This document shows positions 5,360-16,409 of a stretch of 32,000 nucleotides of DNA, piece after piece; positions within the stretch are counted from its first letter, which is position 1; the number at the start of each line of letters is the position of its first letter. A model generated the notes under the pieces. That model made no database searches. It saw only the letters and a list, made by a program, of their open reading frames with translations, and was not told the DNA's origin. The translations under genes were made by a program, and so were the position numbers. This DNA is from Geobacter metallireducens GS-15 (GTDB lineage Bacteria; Desulfobacterota; Desulfuromonadia; Geobacterales; Geobacteraceae), in contig NC_007517.1 of assembly GCF_000012925.1 (NCBI RefSeq), positions 1,770,001-1,802,000 on the forward strand. Reading direction: 5' to 3'.

Positions 5360-6148
5360 ATGCCGTATAAAAAACTTCGTATCGAGATCCGCAATAAAGT
5401 CGGTTACATCCTGCTGTGTTCCGGCCAGCGTTTCAATAAACTCAGCATTACCACACTGAGAGAAGTGAAACGGGCCATCACCGAACTTTCGCACAACCCC
5501 GAGGCGGTTTGTCTCGTCATCACCGGTTATCCGGGCGAATCCTTCGCCGTCGGCGCCGATATCTCCCAAATGGCGGAGTTCGGTCCTGCCGACGGCTTTT
5601 CCTTTGGCGAGCTCGGGCAATCATTGTTCGAGGCAATGGAGTCGTGTCCCAAGCCAGTCATCGGCGCTCTTAACGGAATTACCATGGGGGGTGGATGCGA
5701 CCTGGCACTTGCCTGTGACCTGAGGATCGCCAGCGATGCACTCGTCATTGCACACCCTGGCGCAAAACTGGGTATAATTACCGGTTTTTGCGGCACCCAG
5801 AAGCTGCCACGTCTGGTGGGGAGAAATTACGCCCGGGAAATCTTCATGACCTCCGAACCTTACCGCGCTGCCGATGCCCTGCGGATGGGACTCGTGGACC
5901 GGGTATACCCAGCCGGTGAATTCTGGGAGCGGGTCGTGGCTTTTGCGGAGCGGATCGCTAAAGTCTCGCCCGCTGCCCTTGCCATGGCAAAGAAGGCGAT
6001 CAATGCCGCCGAGGACTGTGACCTGAAGACCGGCTGCGCCCTCGAGGCAGCGTCTTATGCGTATCTCTTTGCCACGTCGACTGAGCGGGGGCGAATGACT
6101 GAATTTTTGGAAGGAACGACGAATGTCTTTGGCTCAGAGGATACTTGA
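5360..6148 (+). CDS. Crotonase-fold protein lacking both canonical hydratase glutamates
   Basis: FAVGADI oxyanion region is present. It has GGGCDLALACD (Asp in place of the first Glu) and AHPGAKLGIITGFCGTQKL (Gly in place of the second Glu). Confidence 0.85.
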   Translation: MPYKKLRIEIRNKVGYILLCSGQRFNKLSITTLREVKRAITELSHNPEAVCLVITGYPGESFAVGADISQMAEFGPADGFSFGELGQSLFEAMESCPKPVIGALNGITMGGGCDLALACDLRIASDALVIAHPGAKLGIITGFCGTQKLPRLVGRNYAREIFMTSEPYRAADALRMGLVDRVYPAGEFWERVVAFAERIAKVSPAALAMAKKAINAAEDCDLKTGCALEAASYAYLFATSTERGRMTEFLEGTTNVFGSEDT

Positions 6149-7085
6149 CAGCGATTTACGTGCCGCGGCCCGTCTCATGCGAGATCTGGACGATGGATTT
6201 CGGAGCGCTGCCGAGGAGATGAAGAGTCTCTATCCCCACACCGGGCGTGCGTTCATACTGGGCATCACTGGACCTCCGGGGGCAGGTAAATCGACCCTGG
6301 TCGATCAGCTCACTGCCGCCTATCGTCAACGGGGGCGCAGGGTGGGGGTGGTGGCCATCGATCCCACAAGCCCCTTTACGGGGGGGGCGATTCTTGGCGA
6401 CCGGATCAGGATGAACCGCCATGCCGAAGATCCCGGCGTTTTTATCCGGAGTCTCGCCACCCGTGGGCATATGGGGGGACTTTCCCGCTCCACCGGCGAC
6501 GTGGTGAACGTTATGGATGCCATGGGGATGGATGTGGTCATCATCGAGACTGTCGGCGTTGGGCAGGATGAGATCGATATTGTCCGTATGGCCCATACGA
6601 CCGTGGTTGTTTCGGTGCCGGGCCTGGGTGACGACATCCAGGCCATCAAGGCGGGAGTGCTCGAAATCGGCGATCTCTTCGTGGTCAACAAGGCCGACCG
6701 GGAAGGGGCTGACCGGACTGCCCGCGAGCTTGCTGCCATGCTGGAGATGAAGCAGGCCAAACCGGGCGATTGGCAGCCGAAGGTGCTCCTTACCGAGGCA
6801 AGCCGCAACAAGGGCATCGAAGAATTGGTGGATGAGATCGAGGCACACCACGGCCATCTCGTGAATTCCGGGGCCCTTGAACGTCTTAAGGAAGAGCGGT
6901 GCGCGCGGCAGTTCATGGATTTACTGCGGGAACGGCTCTTTGCCGAAGTCTATGGCCATATACATGTAAATGGCCGCTTTAGGGAAATCGTCGAGGATAT
7001 GGCGGCGCGTCGGACCGATCCGTACAGTGCCGTGGAGATGATAATCGCTGAACGGTTCTCGGGACGACAGGCGTCTAACCCTTGA
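6123..7085 (+). CDS. meaB: MeaB/ArgK G-protein chaperone for B12-dependent mutases
   Basis: Contains GPPGAGKST, DPTSPFTGGAILGDR and VNKADR (NKxD). 26-nt overlap with the upstream gene. Confidence 0.9.
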   Translation: MSLAQRILDSDLRAAARLMRDLDDGFRSAAEEMKSLYPHTGRAFILGITGPPGAGKSTLVDQLTAAYRQRGRRVGVVAIDPTSPFTGGAILGDRIRMNRHAEDPGVFIRSLATRGHMGGLSRSTGDVVNVMDAMGMDVVIIETVGVGQDEIDIVRMAHTTVVVSVPGLGDDIQAIKAGVLEIGDLFVVNKADREGADRTARELAAMLEMKQAKPGDWQPKVLLTEASRNKGIEELVDEIEAHHGHLVNSGALERLKEERCARQFMDLLRERLFAEVYGHIHVNGRFREIVEDMAARRTDPYSAVEMIIAERFSGRQASNP

Positions 7086-7125
7086 CCGTAGCGAAGAAAA
7101 GTGTTAGTTTCCGCGTAACGTAAAT

Positions 7126-7152
7126 GGGGCTTCGGCCCCTTTCCTTTTTTCT
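7126..7152 (+). terminator. Intrinsic terminator after meaB
   Basis: GGGGC-TTCG-GCCCC followed by TTTCCTTTTTTCT. It lies inside the N-terminal extension of the track ORF 7124..8035, which argues against that start. Confidence 0.8.
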
Positions 7153-7168
7153 GCAGGACTGGTACCTC

Positions 7169-8035
7169 ATGATCCGCAAGCTGGCATACGTCATCGCACT
7201 TCTCATTTTCGCTGCAATCGTCATTCGTCAACCCGAATCCACCGCAGACCCCTCCGCGTCCCCCAAGGACAGCTCTAAGGAGGACCTGTCGCGGATCGAT
7301 TATCCGAGTCTTCGAAAGATCGACTGGAAGCCCCACTTCATCAAGCCCAACGAGACCCTTGAATCCCTTTTCGGCAACGATTGGGTGACGGTCGCCCGTT
7401 TCAACAGGATAGACCGGCGCCACACCTATCCGGGAATGACCATCAAAGTCCCTGCCGATATGGCAGCAGCCCGCAGCTATACTCCGCTCCCCCTTGAGTA
7501 TGAGCCGGCAAAGCGCTACCAAAAGTTTATCCTCATCAGCCTTACCGAGCAGTGGATCGGCGCCTATGAGAATGGCAAGCTCAAGTTTTCCATGCCGGCA
7601 GCTACCGGCAAAACGGGCCATGAAACCCCGACAGGGCTTTTCCGTATTGATGCCCGTCACCGTACCCATACCTCATCCCTCTACCAGACCGACGACCTGT
7701 CGGCCCAGTACCCGATGGATTTCGCCATGCGTTTCCATATCGGCGCCGACAATGTGTCATACTGGATCCATGCCCGGGATCTCCCCGGTAAACCCGCATC
7801 CCATGGGTGCGTTGGCCTCTTTGATGAGTCGATGCAAAACCGCATGTACGGTATCCCCGCAAAGCCGGTTCTCTTTGATTCCAAAAAACTCTACGACTGG
7901 GCCGTAGGCGAGTCTGAGTATGGCGAGGATAGCGGTGAGCTGGAATTGATCGATGATGCTCCGGTGGTGGAAGTGACGGGAGAAAATCCCGTCTATCAAC
8001 CGTTCCCCCTTAAGCCGATGGCGGCGTCCCGCTGA
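7169..8035 (+). CDS. LysM-like plus YkuD-domain L,D-transpeptidase with signal anchor
   Basis: MIRKLAYVIALLIFAAIV signal/anchor, a LysM-like segment (ETLESLFGNDWVTVARFNRID...GMTIKVP) and the catalytic SHGCVGL motif. The start is only 17 nt after the terminator T-run, so the promoter is unclear. Confidence 0.85.
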   Translation: MIRKLAYVIALLIFAAIVIRQPESTADPSASPKDSSKEDLSRIDYPSLRKIDWKPHFIKPNETLESLFGNDWVTVARFNRIDRRHTYPGMTIKVPADMAAARSYTPLPLEYEPAKRYQKFILISLTEQWIGAYENGKLKFSMPAATGKTGHETPTGLFRIDARHRTHTSSLYQTDDLSAQYPMDFAMRFHIGADNVSYWIHARDLPGKPASHGCVGLFDESMQNRMYGIPAKPVLFDSKKLYDWAVGESEYGEDSGELELIDDAPVVEVTGENPVYQPFPLKPMAASR

Positions 8036-8078
8036 TCTTTTCCTTTACTTTTGCCGCTGATACGGCACACTCTCTTCC

Positions 8079-10721
8079 ATGGACGTTATCGCCACCCACG
8101 TGAACGCCGATTTTGACTGCCTTGGCGCCATGGTAGCAGCGAAGAAGCTCTATCCCGAAGCCCTCATGGTCTTTCCCGGATCCCAGGAAAAGAGCATGAG
8201 GGACTTCTTTCTCAAGACCACCGGTTATATGCCGGCCTTGACCCGCCTGAAGGACATTGATCCTGCCAAGATATCACGGCTTATCCTCGTTGATTGCCGT
8301 CACACATCGCGCATCGGCCGCCTGGCCGAGGTCGCGAAACGGCCTGACGTCGAAGTTCATATCTACGACCATCATCCAGACTCCGCGGGAGACATTACCA
8401 AGAGCGGCGGCGAGATCCGTGAGTGCGGCTCATCCACGACTATTCTGACCAAGATACTCATGAAAAAGGGGATCGAGGTGACGCCGGTTGAAGCGACCCT
8501 CATGATGCTCGGCATTTACGAGGATACCGGAAACCTTACCTTTCCATCCACGACGGTTGATGACTATGGCGCAGCTTCGTGGCTTCTTGCCCATGGAGCA
8601 AACCTGAATGTTGTTGCCGAATTCGTTTCCCAGGAACTAACCCCGGAGCAGGTGTCGCTATTGAACGACCTTCTCCATTCGCTGCAGACGGCGAGCGTTA
8701 ATGGTGTCGATATTTCGCTCGCTCACGCGTCCATTGACCATTATGTGGGAGATGTTGCCGTGCTGGCCCACATGATGCGCGATATGGAAAACCTTGAAGC
8801 GCTCTTCATCGTGGTCGGCATGGGGGAGCGGGTTTACATCGTAGCTCGAAGCCGCATCCCTGAAGTGGACGTGGGGGCGATCCTGCGCGAGTTGGGCGGT
8901 GGAGGCCATGCAACCGCCGCCTCCGCAACGGTTCGCGATCATACTGTCATCCAGGTCTTGGCACGACTCAAACAACTTTTCCCCGAATGGATCAACCCTA
9001 AGCGTACGGCCGGCGACCTCATGTCGTCGCCGGTGAAGACGCTGCCGGTGGAGACCACCATTGCCGAAGCCCGCGAACTCCTGACCCGCTACAATGTGAA
9101 CTCCATGCCGGTTATCGAGGGAGGGGGGATGGTCGGGATCATCTCTCTCCGGATCGTGGAGAAGGCCCTCTATCACGGGCTCGGCTCCCTGCCGGTCAGT
9201 GAATATATGCATACGGAGTTTATGCGTGCCGAACCCGACACCCCCATCGCCGTCATCCAGAACTACATCGTCGGGCAGCATCGGCGGCTGGTCCCTGTCT
9301 TTTCCGGCGAGGATCTTGTGGGGGTCATAACGCGGACCGATCTCCTCCGCTATATGTACTCCGGCATGCAGCACAGCGCCGAGGCGGTCTACGATCTCGG
9401 CAGGGAAAACCCGCCGGTACGCCGTCGCGAGGTGGTCCACCTCATGAACAAGAACCTTCCGCGCAGGGTGGTGGATACGCTTCGCGAGCTGGGGAAGGTA
9501 GGGGATGGGCTTGAACTGCCTGTATTCGCCATCGGCGGATTTGCCAGGGATTTGCTGCTGGGCGGGAAGAACGACGATATCGACATTACGGTGGAGGGGG
9601 ATGGCATCCTCTTTGCCGAAACCTTTGCGGCGACCCATGAGTGCCGCGTCAAGAGCCACGCCAAGTTCGGTACCGCTGTCATTGTGCTTCCCGATGGTTT
9701 CAAGATCGATGTGGCAAGTACCCGCCTTGAGTTCTACGAAACTCCCGGCGCCCTTCCAACCGTGGAGCGTTCCTCCCTTAAGATGGATCTGTACCGGCGT
9801 GACTTCACCATCAACACCCTTGCGATCCAGCTCAACCCAGCCAACTTCGGGCTTCTCATCGATTATTTCGGTGCCTACCGCGATTTGCGGGACAAGGTCA
9901 TCCGGGTCCTCCACAATCTCTCGTTCGTGGAGGATCCGACGCGGGTCTTCCGGGCTGTCCGCTTTGAGCAACGACTCGGGTTCCAGATTGCACGGCATAC
10001 GGATAATCTCATCAGGAATGCCGTAAAGATGGGCTTTCTCGACAAACTCGGCGGCAGGCGCCTTCTGAACGAGTTGGTCATCATCCTCCGGGAGCGGGAG
10101 CCGGTCCGAGCAATCCTGCGTATGGAAAGTCTGGGGTTGTTGGGTTTCATTCATCCTGACCTGACGCTTGAAACTGAAAATCTGAGGGTACTGGACGAGG
10201 TCAAGAAGGTTGTTACCTGGTTCGAACTGCTCTACCAGAGAGACCAGGTGGAGACATGGGTGGTCTATTTTCTTGCCCTCACCTCACTCCTTGCCGATGC
10301 TGCATTCTTTGAGATGTGCACACGGCTATCCGTTTCGGAACATTACCGGGAGAAGCTCATTGATATGAGGGTGCATGGCGAGCAGATGCTGGCTGTGATG
10401 GAGCGAAAAGTTGCCGGGAAGAAGCCGGTCCTGCGGAGCAACATCTACTTCTGGCTTCGTGGTCTCTCCCCTGAGGTGCTTCTGTACATAATGGCCAAGA
10501 CTTGTCGCGATGAGGTGCGGAAGTTCGTCTCCCTCTACGTCACACAACTGCGTGAAGTTACCTGTATGCTTACCGGAGATGATCTCAAGGCTATCGGACT
10601 TCCACCGGGACCTCGTTACCGAGAGATCCTCGATGCGGTACTTTCGGCGCGACTGAATGGAGAAGTGTCAACGAGGGAGGAGGAATCCCGGTTCGTCAAA
10701 CAGATGCTCAACTTTGTGTAG
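8079..10721 (+). CDS. DHH/DHHA1 phosphoesterase - CBS pair - poly(A) polymerase/CCA-adding-type nucleotidyltransferase fusion protein
   Basis: N-terminus has DFDCLGA, IYDHHP, GIYEDTGNLTF and GGGGHATAAS (DHH/DHHA1). Two CBS repeats follow (about aa 310-440), then GGFARDLLLGGKNDDIDITVEG and RRDFTINTLA (nucleotidyltransferase head). No obvious Shine-Dalgarno. Confidence 0.85.
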   Translation: MDVIATHVNADFDCLGAMVAAKKLYPEALMVFPGSQEKSMRDFFLKTTGYMPALTRLKDIDPAKISRLILVDCRHTSRIGRLAEVAKRPDVEVHIYDHHPDSAGDITKSGGEIRECGSSTTILTKILMKKGIEVTPVEATLMMLGIYEDTGNLTFPSTTVDDYGAASWLLAHGANLNVVAEFVSQELTPEQVSLLNDLLHSLQTASVNGVDISLAHASIDHYVGDVAVLAHMMRDMENLEALFIVVGMGERVYIVARSRIPEVDVGAILRELGGGGHATAASATVRDHTVIQVLARLKQLFPEWINPKRTAGDLMSSPVKTLPVETTIAEARELLTRYNVNSMPVIEGGGMVGIISLRIVEKALYHGLGSLPVSEYMHTEFMRAEPDTPIAVIQNYIVGQHRRLVPVFSGEDLVGVITRTDLLRYMYSGMQHSAEAVYDLGRENPPVRRREVVHLMNKNLPRRVVDTLRELGKVGDGLELPVFAIGGFARDLLLGGKNDDIDITVEGDGILFAETFAATHECRVKSHAKFGTAVIVLPDGFKIDVASTRLEFYETPGALPTVERSSLKMDLYRRDFTINTLAIQLNPANFGLLIDYFGAYRDLRDKVIRVLHNLSFVEDPTRVFRAVRFEQRLGFQIARHTDNLIRNAVKMGFLDKLGGRRLLNELVIILREREPVRAILRMESLGLLGFIHPDLTLETENLRVLDEVKKVVTWFELLYQRDQVETWVVYFLALTSLLADAAFFEMCTRLSVSEHYREKLIDMRVHGEQMLAVMERKVAGKKPVLRSNIYFWLRGLSPEVLLYIMAKTCRDEVRKFVSLYVTQLREVTCMLTGDDLKAIGLPPGPRYREILDAVLSARLNGEVSTREEESRFVKQMLNFV

Positions 10722-10986
10722 CGATTACGCCACGGTCCGTCAAACCTTTAGCCTACTGACTAAACTGACCATTTTGAGCACGTTCGGAAATTTTTGACAG
10801 GGCCGCCGGCCTCTTGCTGTATCTGTCTCGGACATGTCATGGGATAATTTATTGGCAGTGAATGCGATTGGCGTCTAAAATGTGCTGTATATACGATTGG
10901 TTGCGGGTTTGATTGCTGTCGTGTCCCCGACCGGTCTGGTTTTTGCTTTAACCCTGTAGTCTGATATTTTGACACAGGGGTTGGCA

Positions 10987-11376
10987 ATGGATAGAGCACA
11001 TCGAGGCGTTTGGGGCGTGATCACATTTCTTCTCCTCGTGATCTGGTGTACACCCTGTATGGCCGATGACGCTTTTGAGAGCATTTTCCGCAATGCTTTT
11101 CTCGGAGGGCTTGTGGGAGGGGTTGCAGGAGCAGCTTTCCTTGCCCTGGCGGACAAGCCGGGCGATCACCTTGACTATATTGGCTATGGGGCTGCCGGTG
11201 GTGTTCTTGCCGGCGCTGCCTATGGCTCCATCAAGACAACCCGGGCCTTGGCCGAAGTTGATAACGGCAAAGTGAAACTGGCGGTTCCAACAATTGTTCC
11301 CGGATTTGTTCCTGTCGGGACGAAGGGCGAAAGGGAAGTTGTCCTGACAGCGGAAGTTCTTCGCGGCAGATTCTGA
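10987..11376 (+). CDS. Small secreted/outer-membrane glycine-zipper protein (hypothetical)
   Basis: AGGGG Shine-Dalgarno 7 nt before ATG 10987. Signal peptide ...FLLLVIWCTPCMA, Gly-zipper stretches (GGLVGGVAGAAF, GYGAAGGVLAGAAYG) and a C-terminal Phe. No family recognised. Confidence 0.6.
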   Translation: MDRAHRGVWGVITFLLLVIWCTPCMADDAFESIFRNAFLGGLVGGVAGAAFLALADKPGDHLDYIGYGAAGGVLAGAAYGSIKTTRALAEVDNGKVKLAVPTIVPGFVPVGTKGEREVVLTAEVLRGRF

Positions 11377-11400
11377 CAACAGGTTTTTGGATCGAAGAAA

Positions 11401-11434
11401 AAGGGGGTGGTCACGAAATGGTGGCCGCCCCCTT
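11401..11434. terminator. Bidirectional intrinsic terminator between convergent genes
   Basis: 14-bp stem AAGGGGGTGGTCAC / GTGGCCGCCCCCTT (two G-U pairs on the + RNA). Flanked by an A-run upstream and CTTTATTT downstream. Confidence 0.8.
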
Positions 11435-11456
11435 CTTTATTTACAATAAGCAGACG

Positions 11457-14518
<3,062 letters not shown>

Positions 14519-14561
14519 TGATGATACCTCCGAGCCCTGAAGTACCATAGGGATTTGCTAG

Positions 14562-14593
14562 TTGTCAACTTTGCTTTGGTATTTGGTTAACAA
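14562..14593. promoter_or_regulatory. Candidate BirA operator upstream of bioB
   Basis: Inverted half-sites TTGTCAAC (14562-14569) and GTTAACAA (14586-14593) match 7 of 8 with a 16-nt spacer, 44-75 nt upstream of bioB. The left half-site reads TTGACA on the bio strand. Confidence 0.45.
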
Positions 14594-14640
14594 GGGGCGG
14601 CGGAAATTGCCGAAAACCATGAAAACGACAAAATAAATAC

Positions 14641-14669
14641 TTGCATTTTACTTATGTGTCTGGTAGTAG
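14641..14669 (+). promoter_or_regulatory. Candidate promoter of the rimP-nusA-infB operon (TTGCAT-N17-TGgTAGTAG)
   Basis: Hexamer match only; the -10 element is weak. Confidence 0.35.
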
Positions 14670-14692
14670 GTAACAAGTTTCCGTTCACGAGA

Positions 14693-14725
14693 AGTGAGCT
14701 CCTCCAGCTCACTTTTTTTATTTTG
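14693..14725 (+). terminator. Terminator-like hairpin in the rimP leader (possible attenuator)
   Basis: AGTGAGCT-cctcc-AGCTCACT followed by TTTTTTTATTTTG, 17 nt before the rimP ATG. Confidence 0.55.
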
Positions 14726-14741
14726 CGAGGTTTTTCGAGGT

Positions 14742-15221
14742 ATGGCAAAGGACGAAGTTGTCGACAGGGTTACAGCTCTGGCGGAAAGTCTCCTTTCTTC
14801 TCAGGAGATGGAGCTGGTCGACATCGAATATAAGCGCGAGGGGCGCCACATGGTTCTCCGGCTTTTTGTCGACAAGGCCGGCGGCATAACCCTGGATGAC
14901 TGTGCTCTGGTGAGCCGCGAATTCTCTGAGATCCTGGACGTGGAGGATTTCATCAGCGAGAATTACACCCTTGAGGTGTCATCCCCCGGGCTGAATCGCC
15001 CCCTTAAAAGGGAGTCCGACTACGAGCGCTACCGTGGGCGTCTAGTCAAGGTCAGGACCTATGATGTCGTCGAGGATGAGGCCGGGAACCGGCGTAAGAC
15101 GTTCCTTGGCGACCTCGAGGGGCTTGCGGGCGGGGTTGTAACTCTTAAGCTTCGCGAGGGGCAGATGGCTCGAATCCCCCTTGCCAAAATCGCAAAAGCC
15201 AACCTTGAATTCGAGTTCTAG
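14742..15221 (+). CDS. rimP: Ribosome maturation factor RimP
   Basis: MAKDEVVDRV... with VEYKREGR..LRLFVD and LEVSSPGLNRPL motifs, in the position before nusA. The track start GTG 14694 lies inside the leader hairpin. Confidence 0.9.
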   Translation: MAKDEVVDRVTALAESLLSSQEMELVDIEYKREGRHMVLRLFVDKAGGITLDDCALVSREFSEILDVEDFISENYTLEVSSPGLNRPLKRESDYERYRGRLVKVRTYDVVEDEAGNRRKTFLGDLEGLAGGVVTLKLREGQMARIPLAKIAKANLEFEF

Positions 15222-15257
15222 ATTAGAAAGATAAAGCACTTCCAAGGAGAGACGGAC

Positions 15258-16403
15258 GTGGAAACGACCTTCAACCTCAAGCACATTATTGATCAGATCG
15301 TGAAGGAAAAGGGGATAGACCGGGATATCGTGGTCGAGGCCCTTGAGCAGGCGGTGCTGTCCGCCGCGAACAAAAAGTACCGCAACACACGCGATCTTGA
15401 GGCCCATTACAATCCCGAGGTCGGTGAAGTTGAGCTTTTCGAGTTCGTCACCGTGGTTGACGAGGTTATGGACTCGTACAAGGAGATTGATCTTGAGGAA
15501 GCCCGTGAAATCGACCCTGACGTGGAGGTGGGCGACTCCCTCGGTATGAAGATGGATGCCAGCGGTTTCACGCGGATTGCCGCCCAGACCGCAAAGCAGG
15601 TAATCATTCAGAAGGTGCGGGAAGCGGAGCGGGAAACCATTTTCAATGAGTTCAAGGATCGGATCGGCGAGTTGATCAACGGTGTGGTCCGTCGTTTCGA
15701 GAAGGGGGATCTCGTTGTTGATCTTGGTCGCGCCGAGGCGCTTCTTTCCAACAAGGAGCAGGCACCGCGCGAGGTTTACCGTCAGGGTGACCGTATCAAG
15801 GCGCTTATCATGGATATCCGTATGACTCCCAAGGGTCCCCAGATCATTCTGTCCCGGACCCATCCCGGTGTGCTTGCCAAGCTCTTCGAAGCCGAAGTTC
15901 CGGAGATCGCCGAGGGGATCGTTGAAATCAAGTCCGTCGTCCGCGAACCGGGAAGCCGGTCAAAAATTGCGGTTTACTCCCACGATTCTGATGTTGATCC
16001 GGTTGGTGCGTGCGTCGGAATGCGCGGATCGAGGGTTCAGAACGTTGTGTCCGAGCTTCGTGGCGAGAAAATCGACATCATCCCGTGGTCTGAAGACCCG
16101 GCGCGGTTTGCCTGTAATGCGCTCCAGCCGGCTGCGGTTTCCAAGGTCTACATCGACGAAGAAAATAAAGCGCTCGAAATCATTGTCGCCGACGATCAGC
16201 TTTCCCTTGCCATTGGCAAGAAGGGGCAGAATGTTCGGCTTGCCGCAAAACTCACCGGCTGGAGAATCGACATCAAGAGTGAAACCCGTGCTGCCGAGGC
16301 AGAACTCCTTGAGTTTTCTTCCTACGACGGTGCTACTGAGGAAGCGCCTCAGGAACCTGTTGAGGAGTCCGAGGCTCAACCGCTGGAGCAGGGCGAAGAG
16401 TAG
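15258..16403 (+). CDS. nusA: Transcription termination/antitermination factor NusA
   Basis: N-terminal domain plus S1 and two KH domains ([12 protein letters not shown]). AAGGAGAG Shine-Dalgarno with a GTG start. No C-terminal AR repeats, just an acidic tail. Confidence 0.95.
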   Translation: METTFNLKHIIDQIVKEKGIDRDIVVEALEQAVLSAANKKYRNTRDLEAHYNPEVGEVELFEFVTVVDEVMDSYKEIDLEEAREIDPDVEVGDSLGMKMDASGFTRIAAQTAKQVIIQKVREAERETIFNEFKDRIGELINGVVRRFEKGDLVVDLGRAEALLSNKEQAPREVYRQGDRIKALIMDIRMTPKGPQIILSRTHPGVLAKLFEAEVPEIAEGIVEIKSVVREPGSRSKIAVYSHDSDVDPVGACVGMRGSRVQNVVSELRGEKIDIIPWSEDPARFACNALQPAAVSKVYIDEENKALEIIVADDQLSLAIGKKGQNVRLAAKLTGWRIDIKSETRAAEAELLEFSSYDGATEEAPQEPVEESEAQPLEQGEE

Positions 16404-16409
16404 GAGCCA

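Noticed and set aside
8658-10154. 498-aa minus-strand ORF inside the DHH-CBS-nucleotidyltransferase gene
   Set aside because: Antisense shadow ORF. The plus-strand frame carries the DHH, CBS and nucleotidyltransferase motifs, and the minus frame has none.
10860-10885. TGGCAG...TGC sigma54-like match upstream of the small glycine-zipper gene
   Set aside because: The spacing between the GG and GC elements is one nucleotide short, and sigma54 promoters do not tolerate that.
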